Shown here: positions 56,501 through 64,000 of the stretch, piece by piece
Layout of the letters: every line of letters starts with the position of its first letter
How positions within the stretch are numbered: the stretch's first letter is position 1
Assembly: GCA_000165345.1 (NCBI GenBank)
Contig: CM000432.1
Span: forward strand, 352,001-416,000
Length of the DNA stretch: 64,000 bases
Direction: 5' to 3'
Made by a program: the position numbers and the translations under genes
The notes under the pieces: model-generated
Database searches by the model: none
Seen by the model: the letters and a program-made list of their open reading frames with translations, nothing else
What the model was told of the DNA's origin: nothing

Positions 56501-57584
56501 AATAAAAGAAGAATTTGCTGGATTTACATGGGATTTATTTACAATTAATAAATTTCAAACAATTATAATATTAAATAATAATTGTCATAATCGTAATAAT
56601 CTAGTTAAAGTAAAAGTATCTATTGAATGGAATATGAATGATGATATAATGGATAATCCACCAATTATTTTAAAGATTGAATTATTATTGGATAATATAA
56701 TATTAATAGATGATTCATCTTCATCAATTAATTCAAAATATAATGATCTACAATTACAATTATCTTTGGTTAATAATCAAAGATTAGAAGATAAGATTTA
56801 TAATGCATATATTAAAGTAATTGAAAGGACATTAAATTTAAGATTAATAGAATTATATTTAGATTATAAGAAAAAAAATAAAATGAATAATAATATACTG
56901 ATTGAATTAATAAGAGGAATATTCCAAAGTTGTATTGTATTATTATGGAGATTAGAATCAATAGTATTTGAGATATTGAATATAATTAAAGTTTTTAACT
57001 TGGCAATTTTAGATATTATTGATGAAAATAAATTAATTTTAAATATTCCAATATTAGTTGGAATTAATGGAAAAAATGATATTGAAATAAATAATAATAA
57101 AAATGAAAATCAAAATTCTAATTTTACTTATTCTTCATGTACTTCAAATTCTCCAATAGCAGCATCTCCAATTACTCCAAATTCATTAACATCAAGTACC
57201 CTTTCTCCTCATTTATTAATGGCATCAAGACCAGTAATAACTATTACATTTAATATCACCAATTCACTTTTTATGTCTGTAGGGACCTTAGTGAATTCAA
57301 TTGAAGATATTTCAGTATATAATATGAGTGATGAAATTACTAAAGATATGATTTGTGTTTTCAAAGATCAGATCAATGAAATTGAGGGAAAGGTTAGCAA
57401 TAATAATAATAATATTAAAAAAAATTCTGCTGTATATGTTGGTTATAATTGTTTACTGTCAGTAATACAAAATACAATACAAGAAGGTGGACATAATCAG
57501 TTAATATGGAAAAGACCGTTAGAAAAATTTGCTCCAAGATTGCTGAATGCTGTCCAAATTAGTAAATTACATCAGAATTTCTGA
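53598..57584 (+). CDS. Hypothetical large protein (1328 aa) with S/T-P-rich N-terminus and N/I/K-rich low-complexity C-half
   Basis: Long uninterrupted ORF. No family recognised. Confidence 0.65.
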   Translation: MEQENTKTLNTINSTPIRNGNLSSKDVNLETPNKSSSRSIGSAGGSSSVRRSSRLLKKNDEKSGGTGPLTPQLGAPGGTPYLLRSKSRETLSSTEANLRKNAMTMPPLNLKSTNDLEGSSEFYQTNVETNNENSNKVGDVYNIYSTPRKRVRGTENGFNSSNNNNNINTGLDLDRDPGSESQIRSSSRRKGNIKNTPVSKSRRVIDEDSAVKDRKSILKQYDPDGINTSTMNIKTPKSQKKVQFGTKNLIIIDENKQDLNIDKLITESDNDENGNIQDKRFADDLTVDRMSILSELDDAGTGQIYNFPSLEELINTKKTENTSTQKVYNNDIVDSEISNRFATVNNIHNYHHRENNQDNKATNPSDLFIQNENSGKDKSITDQDGIIDCNDQKNLDSEYIKTNRNQVQDENNIEKNIELTDQINISDYSINCRDSIAPNLPGAFLSVVMQNLSSVNFPEEKKPESDEDIKIPKLEFNDDNIEDTINKKNDLDQDVSLKEQKPDQEPTMENQSVFEDNEIYIEAKKQINKEDEIILEENKEDIQNQQEQVQFEFESENVENQIQEQLIREENKEFTTVEIVTEKESINEKNHIEESLCHQNDNFETQQIVLTETLTILKDNNNRLSNILITPKRNNISSIGYINKLSPSSETLLKSLNNTKSILNITPQGYTWEEFQSILNLNYTMENYFGILEFDEIENNHQIKDKYIEEESMDSKLLLVHIQNILKDDGNSEKIQEIVAKYSSEIINSIKHQIWDEIEKNILIKEFNGESHERYSENLSKFSTSEIATLMAIIVNKSRYGNKNDEKIKNELFERISGYFFGEGRNIFLKKAIIDWKEKVIFPLKNSIINKFEEMIKIFMLKNEQIMNNKNRIQNSKVLLSTLESCKISEMHVYETYWNAMRIVHENIVNYKEEIERVKNYLNMMDKKKRNISRLLLKEEELYNSLIMELNDWKVKKDSLRNNLNDLRIKEEFAGFTWDLFTINKFQTIIILNNNCHNRNNLVKVKVSIEWNMNDDIMDNPPIILKIELLLDNIILIDDSSSSINSKYNDLQLQLSLVNNQRLEDKIYNAYIKVIERTLNLRLIELYLDYKKKNKMNNNILIELIRGIFQSCIVLLWRLESIVFEILNIIKVFNLAILDIIDENKLILNIPILVGINGKNDIEINNNKNENQNSNFTYSSCTSNSPIAASPITPNSLTSSTLSPHLLMASRPVITITFNITNSLFMSVGTLVNSIEDISVYNMSDEITKDMICVFKDQINEIEGKVSNNNNNIKKNSAVYVGYNCLLSVIQNTIQEGGHNQLIWKRPLEKFAPRLLNAVQISKLHQNF

Positions 57585-57603
57585 TGAATAACTATTATTG
57601 TTT

Positions 57604-59409
<1,806 letters not shown>

Positions 59410-60629
59410 ATTTATGACTTAGATTAAGTTAAGTTTAAATAAACTTTTATTCATAAAATTATTATTCAAATATTTATATTATTAGTGATAATTTTTTATT
59501 CTTAACTATTCTTTTGCTTAATTTATTTTACTGGAATTTCAGGTATTTTTTAAAAACCTTTGAATAATTATTCTGTTTCAGATTATATTTCATAATCAAT
59601 AAGAAAATATTCTTTTTTTACTATTTATATATATTGAATGATATCTTACCACTTTTATATGCCATATCATAATTTAATTAGTATAGGAAATTTTATATGC
59701 CAATAATACAGGAAAAAAAAAAATCAAGTAATTCCATAAAGTAGGTATTAAGGATCCTTTTGTATTTGAATTCAAAGAAAAGTTTCTTGGTTCATATCTT
59801 TAATATAGTCTGAAAATTATATAATAAACATTTATATTAAGTGTGCAATATTGACGCATAAATTTTAATTTAATATTATATATTAAATAAAATAAAAATA
59901 TATTGCTAATTTTATTTCAAATAATACTTCAAAATATTATTCCCATCTTATTCTATTAGCTTTAATTTGGTTGATTTGAGTTAATCAATTTCTTTTAATG
60001 AATCTTGCAAATTCTTCAAAAAGAACAATAATTCTGTTATAAATACAAATCTGTTGATGGAAATTAATTCATTTATTTATTTGAATGAATTAACATTAAA
60101 TTGTTAGTTTTAATTTATTAAATAAACTCAATTTTTATATTTTATTATAAAAATAAAATTGTATTGAAATAATTTTTTTTTTTTCATGCACAAAATTAAT
60201 ATTTTGGAAAATTACGTGTAAATAATTTTAATACCGGCACATCCACATGTAAAAATAATAAATAATACGAGCAAAAAAGAAAAAAAAGAGAAATTAGTAA
60301 AGATAAATTTAAATAAATATTTTGAAATAAACTAATTGAAAACGTTGAAACTTCCTATGTAGGATTTCCTTTTTATTTACTTAATAATCATAATTCTTTT
60401 TTTAAATAAAATACATCTTTTTTGATGGAAATCTGGCCATTACTTTCTTGTAGTATATGGTTAGTAATTAAGGCTTAATTTTGAATCATCATTGTTTCAT
60501 GAAAATAAGTATCATAGTTGTTTAAAAAAATTTATATCAAGTATAAATAGAGAAATCATTTAAAAAATTTTAACTATAAAAATTATAGGTTACAGAATAA
60601 GTAAATGAAGATGATAGTAATATCTGCAA

Positions 60630-61832
60630 TTAAACGTGTTCAAATTCGATAGAAACTCCAAACTGTGATACAATTCTTCTAATTTTCATTCTTGTTTCCC
60701 AATCGTTTTCAATTGTAAATCCTTTCTTAATATTATCTCCATATTGAGTATCCCATACTTCAAGTTCTGTGATTTTTTCATTCAAATAAACAAAAGTATC
60801 CTCACTTGGAAAGAATGATTGAAAGGCATCATGTAACATCTTTGCATTAATTTCATCAACAGTCTGACTATTTTCCTTATTATTATTATCTGCATATAAT
60901 TTTTTGATATTTGAGATAAATCTTAAAGCAATACCTGCAGATAGATAATAGCATACCCAATCTACAGTATGTGAAATAATAATATAATTAGCATTATATT
61001 GACTCCTATTATCATCTTTTTGATATACTCCAAGTTGGTTTTCTGATGAATCTGAAAAAGCAAAAATTGGAATTTTATTCTCTTGTTGCATAATCTTAAT
61101 GTAAATCCCTTCCAAATTTGAGCAATAATGGTTAATTCTTAATCCTCTTGAATTTCGATAAATCCCAGTATCTAATTCTCTACTTGGTCTACCTAATACC
61201 ATTAGTAAACTAAACTTTTTCTGAATATTATCCAAAAATTCTTCCCATTCAGAATCTATACCTGGATCTGGAACAACACCTATTACGTATGTTTTTCTTT
61301 TTTCTAAATTTAAATCTTTAGGTGCATAACCTACTTCTTGATTAATATCCACGTAATGTTTGAATAATTCATTATTGCTTAAAATACTAGAAATTACTGG
61401 CTGATTTATTGAATCTGTCATAATTACTACAGTAAATCCCAAATTAGAAAGTGCATTTGAAAGTACTGCTAACCCTGACAAACCATCTTTTTCTGTAGGT
61501 GGTAAATGGCTTACATTATTTGGAGATAATGCGAATAACCCTATTACATTATTTGTGTCTGAATCATTATTCAAACTTATTTCATATAATGTTTTACTTA
61601 CTTCGGCTATACTTGATAATTTAAGTTTATCTGCATATTCTTTGATGCTTTTTCTAGGAGAAATTGTATCTTTTAACTTTAATTGGTCGTATTGTTTTAA
61701 AGCTTCTTCTAATGTCAATACTTGGCTCATATCGCCATAATAGCTTGGTAATGGCTTTACTTCCTCCAATTTACTTATCTCTTTGTTCTCCACTATTTGA
61801 ACATTTGCAATATTAATGTTATTTTCAGTCAT
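60630..61832 (-). CDS. Hypothetical protein (400 aa)
   Basis: ORF with balanced, non-repetitive composition. No family confidently recognised. Confidence 0.6.
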   Translation of the reverse strand: MTENNINIANVQIVENKEISKLEEVKPLPSYYGDMSQVLTLEEALKQYDQLKLKDTISPRKSIKEYADKLKLSSIAEVSKTLYEISLNNDSDTNNVIGLFALSPNNVSHLPPTEKDGLSGLAVLSNALSNLGFTVVIMTDSINQPVISSILSNNELFKHYVDINQEVGYAPKDLNLEKRKTYVIGVVPDPGIDSEWEEFLDNIQKKFSLLMVLGRPSRELDTGIYRNSRGLRINHYCSNLEGIYIKIMQQENKIPIFAFSDSSENQLGVYQKDDNRSQYNANYIIISHTVDWVCYYLSAGIALRFISNIKKLYADNNNKENSQTVDEINAKMLHDAFQSFFPSEDTFVYLNEKITELEVWDTQYGDNIKKGFTIENDWETRMKIRRIVSQFGVSIEFEHV

Positions 61833-63289
61833 TATCCTTCTATTACTCCTTTTTCTTTATTTCTTGATTCCAAAACAGCTAATTAGCGATATTTTTAATT
61901 GAGAAAACTAAATTACTTTATTGTACTCTTCTTTCGTAAAGATTAGTCCTTAAAAAAGTTGTAATTATTTTTTTTTCAATTAATAATAACTTTATAATAT
62001 TTTCAAACTTATTATTTTACTGAATTTTCTATGTTAAATTTACTAATAAATTAACTTATTATTTATTTTTGCTCGAAATTATTTAGAGATGTTTTTTCTT
62101 TTAATTTATTTTTATATATTAACTATTAATAATATATTTACTTAAGTTAAATTTTTCTATTTTATTGAAATATTCTGATAATGCAACTTTATAATTTAAT
62201 ATTTATAATTTAATTTCTCTATATATTATTGTTTGACTGCCCCCACTTTCTTCGTTTTTCTTCAATCACACACTAAATCAATTATTATTTACTTTTAATA
62301 TTACTATTTACATTCACTTCAATTAGATGTACGTATTTTATTTGCGCATTTTTTTCACTTTTCAGAAGTTGATTATATATATTTATATATAGATTACTTA
62401 ATAGACGTATTAATTTTAAAGATTATTTTAATCGCTCGAAATTGCATTTCAAAAAATCATTTTTTATATTGGAAATAACACTCAATTACTTATTGCAAAA
62501 ATGCAATTGGCGCCTATTTTGAAATGAAAACCAACGAAATTGTTGTATATTGAGAGTAATTTCAGTCAAATGATTGATGGCAAAATTGTAATTAGTTACT
62601 AAAATAAAGAGTGATTTAGCAGGAAGAAAACAAATACAAGTTTTAAGCGAACAAGATAATATGTGAAGTGGTGAATATATTTGCTATGTAACTTTGTATT
62701 CAGTTTGAAAGAAAAATAAACAATACTAAATTCAGAGTTCCACTCTTTCTCCATTATATTAACAATAATATTTGTTAGTAGTCAGTAGACCGTCGTGATT
62801 GAGTAGAACATAAATCATCACAATAAAGTATTGTTTTTTTTTTTTTTTTAAATAATCATCAAATTATGTTTATATATTTATTATAGCATTTTTTTTCAAT
62901 TGAATTAAATTAGGTTTTATTAATAAGTACATATATGAATATATTGCAAATAGAAAATGTCATATTCTTTAAAAAGTTGATATAATCGATTTTTTATAAA
63001 ATTAGCTTTAATATAAGGCTCATAGTATATAATTTATAATTCTCTCTTCTGAATAGTCCTAAAATTATATTCAATAGATAAATTTCTTCATTCTGAAAAA
63101 TGGATTTTTTAATATATTTATAATATATTAAAAATAATAAAAGTGATTTACGAAAAATAAACAAATAATATTGATTTTAAATATTTAAACACTTTGTTAA
63201 TATTATTGTTAATAAACAATCCTTAAATGACTATACTAGAATAAAATAAATTAATGTCTCACGCGCCTAAATTATTTATTTTAATTTAT

Positions 63290-63318
63290 GTCATGCATGA
63301 CTTTAACAATGTGGACAA
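63290..63318. promoter_or_regulatory. GTCATGCATGAC palindrome plus CAATGTGGACAA (reverse complement of TTGTCCACATTG at 19503-19514)
   Basis: The same 12-mer and a GCATGC core co-occur upstream of BMS1 (19495-19514). Confidence 0.5.
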
Positions 63319-63489
63319 ATTAACAATATTAGAAAAAAAATAATTTGCATGTATTTTCCTCTTTTTAATAAATTTGAAAATTGAATAAAATGAAATTCGA
63401 CAAAAAATGTTTTAATTGCATGTAATGATTTAATGCTTTGTATTAATGCTAAATAATTAAATATATAAATAGTGCTAATTTAATTGAAA

Positions 63490-64000
63490 ATGAACGAAAT
63501 TTATAAATGGTTGATACTAAAAAGGTTATTTGGAGAAAAAAAGAAGAGTTTAAATGATAATTCCAAAAACTTAGAAAAAACAATGAATAAGAGTGGCTAT
63601 TGCAGTGAAATTGCGAAGAATGATTATAAAAAGATGGAAGTTGAAATATTAGGTGAACCAAGAATAAGAAGAACATGCTTATCACCCAGGTCTACACCAA
63701 TTGTATTGGAAATTAACTTTTGCCCCAAATTACTTAGTGAGGAAAAAAGTTTATCAAAATCATTGAAAGTAGAATGGGGAGCAACTCATGATGAAATAGT
63801 TACAAAAAAATGTTTTTATTTTAATAATAAACAAGAGGAAAATAATTGTGAAAATTTACAAAACTATGAGAATGAATTAAGTGTGGCATATTTGGGAAGA
63901 CAAAATAAAAGAGTTTATTTGGAGAAAAATGAGTCAATCGAGATGAAAATATTAGCTAGAAATGACGATTTTGATTCAACAAAAGTTAATTTATCTAAAA
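63490..64000 (+). CDS. Hypothetical protein, 5' partial gene running off the right edge
   Basis: The ATG at 63490 opens a frame with no stop up to 64000 (MNEIYKWLILKRLFGEKKKSLND...). It is absent from the track because it has no in-window stop. Confidence 0.5.
   Translation, partial: MNEIYKWLILKRLFGEKKKSLNDNSKNLEKTMNKSGYCSEIAKNDYKKMEVEILGEPRIRRTCLSPRSTPIVLEINFCPKLLSEEKSLSKSLKVEWGATHDEIVTKKCFYFNNKQEENNCENLQNYENELSVAYLGRQNKRVYLEKNESIEMKILARNDDFDSTKVNLSK

Overview
This is AT-rich eukaryotic nuclear DNA that uses the standard genetic code. The conserved proteins (V-ATPase subunit a, inorganic pyrophosphatase, Spb1, BMS1) end at canonical stops, which rules out a ciliate code. The window is gene-dense, with about 27 protein genes in 64 kb, alternating orientation and very short convergent spacers of 19-60 bp. 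Introns are few and short, with GTAAGT...AG boundaries. Coding regions carry N-rich and S-rich low-complexity tracts, and intergenic DNA has (TA)n microsatellites. There is a 100-N scaffold gap at 32375-32474. A striking number of intergenic regions carry GC-rich E2F-type elements such as TTTGGCGCCAAA and TTCCCGCC, often next to G-box elements (TGTGGGG). This pattern is best known from Cryptosporidium, so I provisionally treat the window as a Cryptosporidium-like apicomplexan scaffold; this is an inference, not a proven assignment. Confidently recognisable genes are an ABC transporter (partial, left edge), inorganic pyrophosphatase, an N2227/carnosine-N-methyltransferase-like methyltransferase, TAP42/alpha4, V-ATPase subunit a, BMS1, DNA primase small subunit, a cis-prenyltransferase, BRX1, an ABHD17-like hydrolase, a Nopp140/SRP40-like protein, a Bet1-like SNARE, two divergent tRNA-Pro genes (AGG and TGG), Spb1/FtsJ3, a bromodomain SNF2 remodeler of 2270 aa and a STE20-like kinase, plus several N-rich hypothetical proteins. 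The main findings the ORF track misses are two upstream exons of the primase gene, an entirely unannotated 3-exon HN1/Jupiter-like gene whose first coding exon is 4 nt, 5' exons of BMS1 and Bet1, and a set of recurrent composite promoter elements. These elements are an E2F palindrome with CGGTACC, a G-box with an E2F site, spaced inverted CCCGCC/GCGGG pairs, a 22-bp CACGTG-centred palindrome next to a CRE, and a 12-mer TTGTCCACATTG paired with GCATGC. Coordinates derived by hand may be off by 1-2 nt.
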